Translations under genes and position numbers: made by a program
In this document: positions 1 through 11,203 of the stretch, one piece after another
How the letters are laid out: each line of letters starts with the position of its first letter
Position numbering within the stretch: the stretch's first letter is position 1
Notes under the pieces: generated by a model
Database searches by the model: none
The model's input: only the letters and a program-made list of their open reading frames with translations
What the model was told of the DNA's origin: nothing
Assembly: GCA_028534125.1 (NCBI GenBank)
Contig: CM052818.1
Coordinates: 4,714,001 to 4,778,000 of the forward strand
Direction of reading: 5' to 3'
From: Lama glama
Taxonomy: Eukaryota
Length of the DNA: 64,000 nt

Positions 1-384
1 TTTATATATCACTACCTCCTTGTAAGTGTCCGTTTGAAGGGTCTTTCTTGCTTGAAAAAAATATGTGGGGAGCATTTCATGTGACTCAATTAATTTGTGC
101 AAATAAGTGTTAGAATTAGTCCAGTCGGTTACCTCTTATAACCCAGGGGGATGGTTCTCTTCTTGGCCACCGTTGGCCTTTTTCCACGTTGTCTGTTCCT
201 GTTACTTAGGGAACTGGAGGGGGAGAATGATCAAATAGGGTTTCATACAGATGAAGGGCCCAGAGGCTGAGACATATCCGTTCACCTGGGCCTTTTTTTC
301 CCTTTTAAGTTTTTAAAGTGTGAAATAGACACAAATGAAAAGGTGGACAAAATAAAATTGCATTGTTCAAAAACTGATCGGAAA

Positions 385-971
385 GATACATGCACCTCAG
401 TGTTCATAGCAGCACTATTTACAACAGTCAAGACGTGGAAACAACCTAAATGTCCATTGACAGATGATGGATAAAGAAGTTGTGTTATATATCTACAATG
501 GAATACTATTCAGCCATAAAAAAGAATAAAATGATGCCATTTGCTGCAACATGGGTGGATCTGGAGATTGTAATTCTTAGTGAAGAAAACCAGAAAGAGA
601 AAGAAAAATACCATATGATGTTACTTATATGTGAATCTGGGAAAAAAAAAGACATAAATGAACTTATTTACAAGACAGAAAGACTCACAGACATAGAAAA
701 CAAACTTATGGTTACCAGAGGGGGGAGGGGTGGGGAAGGGATAAATTGGGAGTTTGGGATTTGTAGATACTAACTACTGTATATAAAATAGATAAACAAC
801 AAGTTCCTACTGTAAGGCATAGGGAACTGTATTCAATATCTTATAGTAACCTATGGTGAAAAAGAATATGAAAAGGAATAGATACATGTATATGTATGAT
901 TGAAACATTATGCTGTACACCAGAAATTGACCCAACATTGTATACTAACTATATACTTCAATTAAAAAAAA
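385..971 (+). mobile_element. 5'-truncated LINE-1 (ORF2 end + 3'UTR + A-tail), cetartiodactyl type
   Basis: L1 3' motifs (gttcatagcagcactatttaca, atggaatactattcagccataaaaaagaa, ggagtttgggatttgtagatac). A-tail at ~964-971. Degenerate TSD aaaactgatcggaaa (370-384) / aaagctgatcagaaa (969-983). ORF 480-773 begins with the L1 ORF2 C-terminal remnant MEYYSAIKKN. Confidence 0.92.
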
Positions 972-1230
972 GCTGATCAGAAATTGAGCCCTCATATAGC
1001 CACCACCCAGGTCAAGAGAAAGCATGTGACCTCGTCTTCAGAGTTCCTACCCCTCCCCCATGCTTCTACTCTCACTCCCCTCAAATTAAACACCATTCCA
1101 AGCTTTATGGTCATCACTGCCTGGCTTTTCACCTTAGCAGGCATCCCAAACCACTACAGTTTGGTCTTGCCTGGTTTTGAAATTTATATTAATGGAATAA
1201 TAAAATCTGGCTTCTTTTGTAAAATGTTGT
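972..1230 (-). mobile_element. Old L1ME-like 3' fragment (continues at ~310-370; interrupted by the younger L1)
   Basis: Antisense old-L1 3'UTR-like text (accacccaggtcaag, tagtttggtcttgcctggttttgaaatttatattaatggaataata); highly diverged. Confidence 0.45.
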
Positions 1231-2317
1231 CAGCTTCCTTTTTCCCTTTCTACCCTCCTTTCTCAAGAAACACATTGTGTCAATCTTAGGAAGCATCGCA
1301 ATAACATTTCTACATTTTAAGACTGAACAATGAGAAAAAGTAGTTGAATCACAATGATCCTTAACAAATGTTTCCAGCTTGGAGGCAATTACAGTGGGTG
1401 GGCATTGAAGTAAATGCAGCACCGCTATAATTAGTATTTATGGAAGAATGTTCTCGAGAAAGGCTTTCTATTTTAACTTCACAGATGCTTACAATTCTTG
1501 AGAAGCAGGTATATGGCCAACAGGAGTGTCTGCTGCTGCTTCATCTTTCCTTTTCCTTCTATAATCTCCTTGGTAAGGACACAAAGGGGCATATATTATC
1601 CTAGGGTCGCCCAGAAAGACAGGGGCAACTGGGAAAGCGGATAGCCCCACCCCCACCCCGGGTCTGGCCTTCTGCCCCCTTGGCCCCCACGTCTTTCTGA
1701 TGGAGAATGTTGAGAGATGGTGATGGATGGTTAGTCCCAAATAGTTTTCAACTTACCAAAGTGCACCCGGCTTTCTCTGAACCTCTTTGAAATGCTTTTA
1801 GAGCAACACTGAGAATGGAATTCAGCGACAATTCTCCACAGCTGCAGTCAGAGTACAGAGACCCCACGAGCAGCTGGGGGCAGTTGTTTTCCTGTTTTGT
1901 ACTTGCTGTTTTCTGAAAAGCCCTTTCAGAAGGTTCTAGAAGGTCCCGTGGCATCCATATTCTGAGGGACCGAGTCGGCGGCGGACACTTAGATTCCAGG
2001 CCTTTCTCCAAAATGTGGCACGTGTTTACCGCCACTTCTCACCAGCAGCCGGTTCTTTCAGAAGCGTCCCCGCTGTGTTTTTGTGGCCTCCCACCCCAAC
2101 AGCCCACTTACCGGAGCATGTGTCCTGTGGCAGCTTTGCTTAGCAAAGGGAACCCTCCCCACAGAGGAGTCTGCATCTCTGGCCTCTGGCCTCAGCTGGA
2201 GCTTTACTCAGCTCTGTGATCTTGTCTCAGCGTCTTCTCTTTGGCCTGCATTTCCACATCTATAAAGTAAGGAGGTTGGACAGAAGGCTGTAGAATCCCC
2301 TTTCTGCCAGGAGTTAG

Positions 2318-2823
2318 TGAGGTGGGAAGCCCCATAAAAATAGACCAGAAGACCCCCAGGCAGGGCCACTGCTCTCCTGCTAGCACCATCGGGTTCCCTG
2401 GCCCAGCAGCTCTATCTCACTTTTTGCCTCTGAAAAGGCTTACTTCTAGGAAAGTGGAACTTACCCCTAAAATTCTATTGGTTCCCTGAGCTCACTCCTG
2501 ATTGATAATTTCTCTCACTCGTGATTGGTCCATTTCCCTCACTCCTGATTGGTTATTGCTCTCCCTCCTGATTCGTCCATTTCTACAAAGCTTGTTCCTA
2601 ATTAGTCAACTTCTGTTATACCTTATTTGCATATGATGTTGCAAAGTTTAAAGGGGCAGCCTATAAAGGCCTGTGTAAACCTACAGATGGGGTCCAGAGC
2701 TTAACTCCTCTGGGCCCGCTGGCGTGATAAACCTGAGTTCTTCTACTCTCTGAGTGCTGCTTGGTCTCTCGCCCGGATCCAGGTTGCTGTCACAACTGAG
2801 CTGTAACACATTTTTCTGTAACA
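2318..2823 (+). mobile_element. ERV1-class solo LTR (506 bp)
   Basis: Starts TG, ends ...tgtaaCA, flanked by 4-bp TSD ttag (2314-2317 and 2824-2827). Internal ATTGG repeats, ATTTGCAT 2625-2632, TATAAA 2662-2667, GATAAA 2726-2731 at the polyA-signal position. Confidence 0.85.
2491..2584. repeat. Tandem array of four 23-24 bp units carrying inverted CCAAT boxes (LTR U3 region)
   Basis: ctcactcctgattgataatttct / ctcactcgtgattggtccatttcc / ctcactcctgattggttattgct / ctccctcctgattcgtccatttct; units 2 and 3 keep an exact ATTGG. Confidence 0.9.
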
Positions 2824-3296
2824 TTAGCAGTGGCGTTTCAAGGACTTGATTACCACAGAAGGTGGAGACACTTGCTTTGGCAGGGTTGTTTTTTATATGG
2901 AGACACTAGAGTTGACAAATCCAAGTGGCCTTTCCTGAGACAAGCTTTAATAGATGATGAAGGAGTCTGTTATAAGACAAAGCAAACATCGTACCCCCCA
3001 CCAATAAAAGCCTCTCCCACAATAAATTAACAATTCTTTCTCCAGCTACCCATTACAGTGCTTGAAATGCCACCCACAGACCCATCCTTTTCTTTTTGCA
3101 GATTTCCTGAGCCTAGAATCTACTATGAAAAGACGTAAGTGTCCCTAAAAGGAGGGGTAGGTAACGCTGTTATCAATGGAATTAGTGGCTGGACAAGGGA
3201 CTCAGTTATCAGTGTGTCCAGAGCTGCTTGCTCGTGACAGCTCAGGGCTGTCCCCAACTTGAAGGGCTATATTCTATACCAGCCCTTCTTGAACTT

Positions 3297-3442
3297 TAAT
3301 GAGCCCATGAATCACCCAGGGGAATCTTGTTAAGTACATATTTCGATTCAGTAGGCCTCTGGGGGACCTGAGAATCTGCATTTCTAATAAGCACTCTGGT
3401 GACACTGACGCTGCCAGTCTCTGGAGTAACAAGATTCTCTAG
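3297..3442. mobile_element. MER5A-like hAT-Charlie fossil
   Basis: gaatcacccaggggaatcttgttaa...gattcagtaggcctctggggg...ctgagaatctgcatttctaataag resembles the MER5A core. Confidence 0.75.
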
Positions 3443-4109
3443 CACGTGACTGTGTCTCTTGCACAGAGCTGATTGGATGCAAGAGTCAGGCAGCTGACTC
3501 CCACCCAGCCAATCTGTGAGCTGACCTCGGACTGAACGAGTATGATGAGCCAATCACAAATTTAAACAGGAGAGGTGGGCTGTGCTTTGAGGAATAGAAG
3601 TAGAAACATCTAAAGCAATACAGAGCCACACGGAGAGGGGCTGACTCATTTCAGTGACAACGTGAGAGGACTCTATGAAGATGGTCTTCTAAGGACACGA
3701 GCTGTCAGTCTGGATCTTGAAGGCAGGTGACCTTCTGGTCCTACCTCTACCAGGCATGCTGGACTCCACTTCCTGTTCATCCCAGCTGGCCTGGATGCTG
3801 AGTTTTTTTTTTTCAGGGTTCCTGGGGGGGCTACCCAGGTAATTGAGATTCCCACTGAATCTTAAAAACTCCATATTGAAAAGAAAAACCTGGAGTTTGG
3901 GTGGGTATGTATACCTGAATAGGATCTCATAGTGGGCACCTTGGATTGCTGGTTAGATTTGGACTCCTCAAGACAGATTTTTTGGGGTGAGAGGCACTAC
4001 AGAGATGGTGGAGGATGAAAAAAAGAGTCAGATGTCACGGCTGGTCCAAGGTTGCTTGCAAATTTTGTCAATGTCGTCAATCTATTTGTAGGAATTTGGA
4101 TTTTCTAGA

Positions 4110-4602
4110 ACATTTTTCTTCCCTCCATCCTCATGGCCACTGAGAGAGCATGTACATCCTCTGACATGACTCTAGCCCCTTGCCATAGTTGATTGGTCCA
4201 GCAGGGTGGATGGACAGCTGACCCTACCTGACCCATGTACTCTTTTCCCAGGAATTTGGAATTGATCATGAGAGTCAATATGACTCTTTCTTGGTTCCAG
4301 GAATCTGTTATTATGTAAAACACAAGGTTCATTGATAGTTTTCTGCTACATGCTTTCGCAAATAGGGAGAATGGCTCTACTGCATGACAGAGGAGGATGA
4401 AGCAGATACCCTGAAAAAGATGCACAGAAAGAAAGGAAACTGGTTCCGTGCATGATTCTTGTTCTAAATGGTTTCTGAGACTTAATTGCATTGTCATTGT
4501 ATTCTATGAGATATTCCAGTATCTTTTCCACAAATTGCTGACTGTGGTTCAAGTCATTGCAAATGGGGATTTGTCACTTGCAGCTGAGAAAGTCTTAATT
4601 AA
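4110..4602 (+). mobile_element. LTR16-like ERVL LTR (old)
   Basis: cccttgccatagttgattggtcca...ccaggaatttgga...gtcacttgcagctgagaaagtcttaattaa resembles LTR16-family consensus. Confidence 0.55.
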
Positions 4603-4774
4603 AGCACTTTTCAAGAGAGGATTCCTGGGACTGAGGCATATGCTTCTGGTTCACCTGCAGTGATGGGTAGAAGGTGGTCATAGGGATTAATAAGGTACTG
4701 TAGAGAGAGCTGCTTCTCTCTTGTTTATCAACAGTCTCATGACTGATGACCTAAAGGTTGTTCACTGGAGACTT

Positions 4775-4866
4775 CATCCATCCTACCAACCATCCATCCA
4801 TTCATCCATCCACCCACCCACCCATCCATCTATCCATCCACCCGTCCATCCATCTATCCATTCATG
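4775..4866. repeat. Imperfect (TCCA)n tetranucleotide repeat
   Basis: catccatcc/cacccaccc run directly visible. Confidence 0.9.
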
Positions 4867-5746
4867 CATCTATATGTCTATCTAGACTTTATCAATCTAC
4901 AGATATTTCCTGAGCCAGACTCTATGCTGGTGGCTGATCTGTGACCTTTGGTTACTGTCAGTGGATGGTACGCGCACCCATATTTAACATATGCCATTAC
5001 TAATACTAAGTCCTAAAACCAGAGTAACACAGAACAGGCTCATTTTCTTTACAGCTTGAAACCCTTTCCCCAACATTTTAAAAAATTTTGTACAAATATA
5101 AAATGTGTCAATAATATTTATAACTTCTTCTTGGGGCTTGTCTTAATATCCAATATCCCAAGTGTATTAGGTGTTCTATTTAGGTGTTTTTATTTAAGAT
5201 GATGAAGGCTGGGTCAGCGTCCCTGTCCAGGGACAAAATTGAAGACACCCGTTCCTGATGTTATGTTTAGAATCCATTGAGCTTTTGCCCCAGGTTCTTT
5301 GTTTCCTTTTTGTCTTTGGAGGCTTAGGTGATGGTTGAGAAAGTGAAGGTTGTATAGGTCAGCATGGTCTTCAGTCAGCCTAACCCCTGCTAGGACTGTA
5401 AATCTTCTCCAAGTGTCCTGGGACCCCAGGATCACTCACTTCCATTTTCTTTCCACTGAGAATTCCTGAGAAAAAAAGTTTCATCTCTGAATTTAAGCCT
5501 AATCTCACAAATAAACCTCAGGAGTCCTTGCCAAGAGACCTGGGTTTGTGAGAGTACAGCGGAAGAAGAGAGTCATCCCTTACATTAACTAGTTGTAAAT
5601 GATCTCAGAATTCTGAGACACCCACAGCAATGACAGGCTTCAGAACTTCTCTAACCCGAGATCCACAGACAGTTGATTTGAAATGTAAGCATTCAAGCTT
5701 TTGGAAGAGTAAAGTGGAAGTGTGTTGGGAGGTGATGTAGGAAGAG

Positions 5747-5915
5747 CAATGGTTTTCAACCGTGAGTCACTAGGGGAGCATTTAAGAAGCATTGATGCTG
5801 GACCACACCTGAGAGCAAAGGAATCAGAATCTTTGGAGATGGAGCCCAGGCATGGTGCATCTGAGAACTCCCCAGGTGGTTCTGAGGCACAGTCGAGGGT
5901 GAGAACTCTTGGTCT
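5747..5915. mobile_element. MER5-family hAT fossil
   Basis: gcaatggttttcaacc...gaatcagaatctttggagatggagcccaggcat...ctcccaggtggttctga...gagaactc. Confidence 0.7.
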
Positions 5916-6354
5916 AAGAAATAAACGGGAGCTGGCCATCTAACACGAGCAGATGGGAAGAGCCTGTGATTGGGGCTACTTTCCCCAGAGATTTATATTT
6001 TTTGAGGTCTCTTAGGTAGGCAGAGTAGCACAGCGGGCGTGATGCACACCTTTACTGACGTTACTAGCTTACCTGGTACACACAGGTTGAATAATTATTG
6101 TAATAAAGATAGACTGGAGAAATATACTCCTCAAAGGCCGGGGTTAACCACAATCTTAGAATGTTCTGGTCTCAAACTAGTCTGTTGCCCTGATGATACC
6201 TCTTGGGAGAGGTGTTAAGGAGATAACTAAGGGGGAAAATGGAAGACGCTGTCACTAAGCAGAGGAGGTCATGCACAGGGACCAAATCCAAGCAGCCTTA
6301 GGATTCCCTGCGGTGAATGCGGGAGGGAGGAACACCCCACAGCTGTGCGGGAAG

Positions 6355-6371
6355 GTGCCCCCTAGAGGCTG
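6355..6371 (-). promoter_or_regulatory. Strong CTCF core motif
   Basis: Minus strand reads CAGCCTCTAGGGGGCAC, fitting the CTCF consensus CC[AT][CG][CT]AG[GA][GT]GGC[AG][CG]. Occupancy is unknown. Confidence 0.55.
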
Positions 6372-6518
6372 TTCTTCTCCTGTAGTCAGTGTTGGCCAGG
6401 GGTTGGGTGGGCGCCTGTGCCTGATCCTCCACTTGAGAATTCCATGATGCATATGAAAAAGTCACGTTTCAACAGTGCTTTCTGGGTTTATAGAGAGAAA
6501 ATACCAGTTTTCATAGTC

Positions 6519-8843
6519 TTTTTTTTTCCCCTCCTAGCTCTATTGAGATGTAACTGACACATAACATTGTAAGTTTAAGGTGTACAATGGGATGATTTGG
6601 TGCATTGTGGAATGGGTACCACAATAAGGTCAGTTAATGTATCCTTCACATTTTCTTTATCCCCTCATCCATTGATGGGCACTTAGGTTGCTTCCACGTC
6701 TTGGCTATTCTGAATAATGCTGCAGTGGACATCGAACTGCAGACGTCTCTTTCAGATGGTGGGTTCATTTCCTTTGAATATATACCTAGGAGAGGGATTG
6801 CTGGATCCAATGGTCGCTCTATTTTTGATTCTCTCTTTATCTTTGATTTTAGACAATTTTATTATAATGTGCCTTGGAAAAGATGGTTTTGGATCGAAAT
6901 TATAGGATGACCTCTTAACTTCGTGAACTTGGATGTCCACATCTCTCCCCAGGTCTGGGAATTTCTTGGTCGTTATTTCTGTAAATAAGGTTTCTGCCCT
7001 TTTCTCCCTTTCTTCCCCTTATTCAAATAGGTGTTCTCTATCCTCCTCATTTTTACATTTTTTGCTCTTCTGTTAGAGTAATGTTGATTGATTTATCTTT
7101 GAGCTCACTAAGCCGAAGCTCTCTGTTGTATTTATTCTGCAGTTTAGCCATTGTGTTCTCCAGCTCCAGAATTTCTGGTTCTTTTCTATGTTTTCAATCT
7201 CTTTGTTGAATTTCTCATTTTATTCTTGTGTTGTCTTCCTGATTTTGTTACGTTGCTTACCCAGTGTTGTCTTGTAGCTCTCTGAGCATCTTTAGAACAA
7301 CTATTTTGAATTCTTTGTTGGGCAGTTCATGTATCTCCATTGCCGTGTGGTCAGGCAGTGGGAGCTTCCTGTGTTTATTCGGTGTGTTGTGTTTCCCTGA
7401 TTTCCTGTAGCCTCGGGTAGGTGGCCTTGCATTTGCTGAATGCGTTGGTGACCGTCACGTGCAGCTGGGGGCACTCTGGAGCGTGCTGTGACCTGGGCCT
7501 AGTGATGTAGAGTGCCAAGTGCAGGGAACATGGTGGCTCTGATTCCAGAGGGACATGATGTCTCTTGGGCTCGGGCCCCTGGGGTCCAGAGCATTCACAA
7601 CTGTGTGGTCCTTGGCTAGTGCTGCAGGTGGGGGTGGTCTTCAGTACACAGTCAGCTGCAAGTTCCAGCCGCAGGCACCTCTGTGGAGGTAGGGGCTGGT
7701 TGTAGATACTCAATAATGGTGGGGACCAGGGCCAGAAGCAAGGGTCTGGGACATCTGCAGACCCACTTTTAGCTGTGGGGGTGCTGACAGTTGACATGCA
7801 CTCATGATTGCAGGGCCTTCCTATGCATGCACACCTGGCCCTGGAGGCTGGTGGAGGAAGTCGGGCCAGGGGCGTACAGGTGCATTGCTGGAGTGTCTAG
7901 CTGCAGGTGAGCCTCGTGGTGCAGGCCAGTGACAGGAGACAGGGCTGGATCCAGGCCCGCAAGAAGCTCTGTGTGCCCTGGCTGTTGGTGTGCATGTTCG
8001 TGACTACAGGCCCTCACCACAGGTGTGCACGTGGCAGTAGAGGCTGGTAATGAGATTCAAGCTGGTGGCGTGTAAGTGCACACCTGGAAGGGCCGGCCTC
8101 AAGTATGCACGAGGTGGTAGGGATCGCCTGTGGGCAGCCAGGCCCACGTCTCGATTTGTGCAACTGCAAAAGCCTGGGCTGGCTGCTGGTGTGTGTGTGT
8201 CCCAGGCTCTGCTGGGGGCGATGGTCGACCAGAGCAGGGAGGGAGGGCCTCGGGTGGCTGGTGACTGCAAAAGGGAATACCCGTGGGGTGAAAACTGACG
8301 AAATCTGCAGGCGGCCCACAGCTACTGGGCTGGTCGTTGGTTTCTCAGCGGCCAAACCTGCTGCGGTCCTGAGCGGAATGGGTCATTGGGAATCCCGGTC
8401 ACTCCTACAGGGTGGCTGAAGCTGGTGGCCCTTGCTCCTAGCTGTCTCTTTGCCCCTCAGCTTCACTGGTCTCTGGGTGGGCTGAAACTGAAGTGGGTCC
8501 TCTGAGGGACGCCCCCAAAAGGCTGGGGAAGCCAGTCGCTCAGTCCCCCCTCCTCTTCCTGGTGAGGGAAACTTCTGTAACTGGACGTTCTCTCCTGGCG
8601 CCGAGCACTGCCAGCCTGGGGGTGGGAGGATGCAGGCCCCATGAAGCCGTTCTGCCTTCCCTGTTGCTGTGGCTGTTTGCAGGTGTTTGGTTCCGTGGTG
8701 ATGCTGAATTTTCTTAAATGGACCCCTGAGCTCCCCCAGAGCCTTTTTTTGGGTCATGAATAGCTGGCTAATTGTCGGGTTTTTTTTTGTTGGGAGTCAG
8801 AGGCTTGGGTCTCTCACTTCACCGTCTTGGTGGTGACACTCCC
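6519..8843 (-). mobile_element. L1 (L1MA9-like) retaining 5'UTR, partial ORF1 and 3' end but lacking nearly all of ORF2
   Basis: PolyT at ~6519 followed by an L1MA-type 3' end. ORF2 C-terminal remnant ~6650-6828 abuts ORF1 remnant (MDIQVHEVKR...PRHIIIKLSKIKDKERI). GC-rich 5'UTR ~7400-8843 ends in caccaagacggtgaagtgagag (minus), resembling the L1 5' caagatggcgga motif. Candidate diverged TSD ccagttttcata (6504-6515) / ccggttttcaca (8842-8853). Confidence 0.75.
6829..7400 (-). pseudogene. Degenerate L1 ORF1p (RNA-binding protein) coding remnant
   Basis: ORF track 6752..6940 gives MDIQVHEVKRSSYNFDPKPSFPRHIIIKLSKIKDKERI, a recognisable L1 ORF1p segment; upstream part is disrupted. Confidence 0.8.
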
Positions 8844-9569
8844 GGTTTTCACACCCCTGATAGCACTGATCCTGACAAGGTCTCAGGAGGAAGGCAGAGA
8901 GCAGGGCTGGAGGGGGCAGGGAATGTCGGCTTCTGGTCTACTAGCGGCCTCGTCTCTGTGAGCTTGGCTACGTCGTTTTAATGTATTGTGTATTGCGGTT
9001 ATTCATGTAAAATGGAGACAATACCTTCTCTTTCTAAAGGCTGCAAGGCCAAATGTGCGACTTCTCTTTTGGGCATAAGAGCAGAACCTCCTAAGAGCCT
9101 TTCTCAGGTCAAATGAAAAATTTTAGAGGCCTTAAGCACTGAAAGATTTTAGCATCCCCCTTCTCCTATGTAACAATGATACTAAGCAATCCATCTAAAG
9201 AAATTTAACAGCATTCTTATCATATTATGTTGGTGTTTTTCACTTTTTTAAATATGAATTCTTTTTCAAAACTTTTTCTCATACTTTTTCTTTTGAAGTC
9301 CTCGGCATTGTTGGTGGCTTAAGCACGTGCCCAGAGTCCACATGGGCCTGTTGGACCATCTAGCATCAGCATGTGGCCACGTGCTATCAGTGAGACCAGC
9401 GGGAGGTCCCTTTTCCCGTGGACAATGCGCCAGTCCTGGACTGAATAAGGAGTGGGCCTGATTGGCACTCAAGGTTCTCTCCTACCATTTTTCTAACAAC
9501 CAACAGGAAAGGTCTTGCTCCGCCATTCATCCTCCACTAACTCAAGGTGCAGTGAGAGCTCCTGGAAAG

Positions 9570-9765
9570 AGCAGTGGTTTGGAGACAGCAGACCCAGATT
9601 TCATCTCTAGCTCTGTCCACTTCTATTTTGGGTGGCTTGCGTGAGTTTCTTTACCTTTCTTCACTAGTTAAATTGTGCGGTTGGAGACCTCACGAGACTG
9701 TGAGGATTCGATAGTGAAATACACGAGGGCAAAGTGCCTGGTCCCACCCAGTATCCATCATTACA
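9570..9765 (+). mobile_element. MIR SINE remnant
   Basis: agagcagtggtttggagacagcagaccc...ctagctctgtccactt...ctgtgaggatt...aaagtgcctgg. Confidence 0.6.
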
Positions 9766-11203
9766 TCCTTGATGCCAAAGCACTGCCTGGTAAGTACTGT
9801 GGAACTCTATGCACACACAGTGAGAACACTGTCTCTTCATCTCCCATCCCCCCAACTCCTGTAGTTCTTAGAGTCATAAGTCTCATTGAGAAGGTAGATA
9901 GTTGCGTGGAAAGCTCTTGATTGCTCACTAATGGGTTAATAGAGTGAGTAGAAGTCCTGCTTCTTCAGGGTGGCTGGAGGGCCCAAGGAAAGTGGTCTGG
10001 GTTGGGAAGGGAGGGTCGGTCCCTTGGCAAATTTTGTTTGGAATTTGAACTATGACACTGAACCTGAACTTGTGCTACAGAGCGTTTTATACCTATGATA
10101 GTAGTGTTCAAATAACCATTTACTGTTTTATTCATCACAGACTCATGCGTAGTAAGGTTAAGCAGGAATTTCCCTATCACTGGGGTGATAGCCATGATGG
10201 TAGTATTTCCTTGTGTGGTAAGAGATACCCCAGCTACTGGCATTTGTTTTGTTTTGTTTTTCCTCCAGGTGTGCAGTGGGGGCGATGTTCTTTCAGCAGG
10301 TTCACGGTACGAGAGAGCGGGAGCTGAGTTTTGGGTGCTGTCTGCTCTGTTCTGATCCCTCGCCTTCATGCAGAGATGGGAAGAGCACAGAGCAGGGGTG
10401 GAAAGGAGGTGACTGGGGTGGAACCCAGCTGCTCTGCTGCCACTTCTGGTTGTGTGGGCTGGAGTTTCTGGCGTGATCTGCACTCTCTGCTCTCATCTGG
10501 GCGTGAGGAGGAGGAATTCTAACATCTTAAGGAGAACCATGGTGCCCGCCCTCCATCCTGAGCCATTCCGAACCGTCTTCAGCACGAGCCACCTTCTGGA
10601 GAAGTGCTGGGCATCAGGGTTACCATAAGGCGCCGGGTTCCCGGGGCACACCTTGTGGTCAAGTGTTTGACTGGTGGCTCTTCAGAGAAAAAGAGAAGGA
10701 GGATTTGGGGCTGGTGTTAAGAAATTTGACATTTATTTTGCAGCTGGGATGACTGCGCTGCGCTGTCCGTCCCTGCCGGGCTCCCGCGCGGCTCAGGGCA
10801 CCGCATCCCAGTTTCTCTCGGAAGAGCCGACAGCATCTGGCCTGGCCCTGGTTGTTTGCTTGGCAGGGCTTTGGGTTTGTCTTTTTACTGAGTCTGTGAC
10901 CCGTGGGTGAGTGACTAGCTACCCAAAGCATGTGGCATTGAAGGAAGAGGAACAAGGGAACACAGAACCAAAAAACAGCTCCTTAATATTAAAGAAGACC
11001 GCGGGGGGCAGAAAGAAAGGAGATTCCCACCCCCCGCCCCAAATGAAACAAAAGAAGAGATGGGACGTGTGTGGCTGTGATGCAGGGAGATGCTGGTTAT
11101 CACTCAAGCTGAGTGGAGAATAGGGACTCTTCCTGTGCTCAACACATGGAAGTCAATATACTGCTCTTCTCTGAGAGCTGGGAACGTACAGAGGATAATA
11201 CAT

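Noticed and set aside
480..773. 97-aa ORF (MEYYSAIKKN...) as a gene
   Set aside because: It is the L1 ORF2 C-terminal remnant reading into the 3'UTR of a truncated L1.
2491..2584. Regularly spaced ~24-bp repeats as a CRISPR-like array
   Set aside because: The units are directly tandem with no unique spacers, lie inside an LTR, and the DNA is mammalian with no cas genes.
7375..8757. Cluster of overlapping 70-140 aa ORFs
   Set aside because: They fall in the GC-rich L1 5'UTR, where stop codons are scarce; no recognisable protein.
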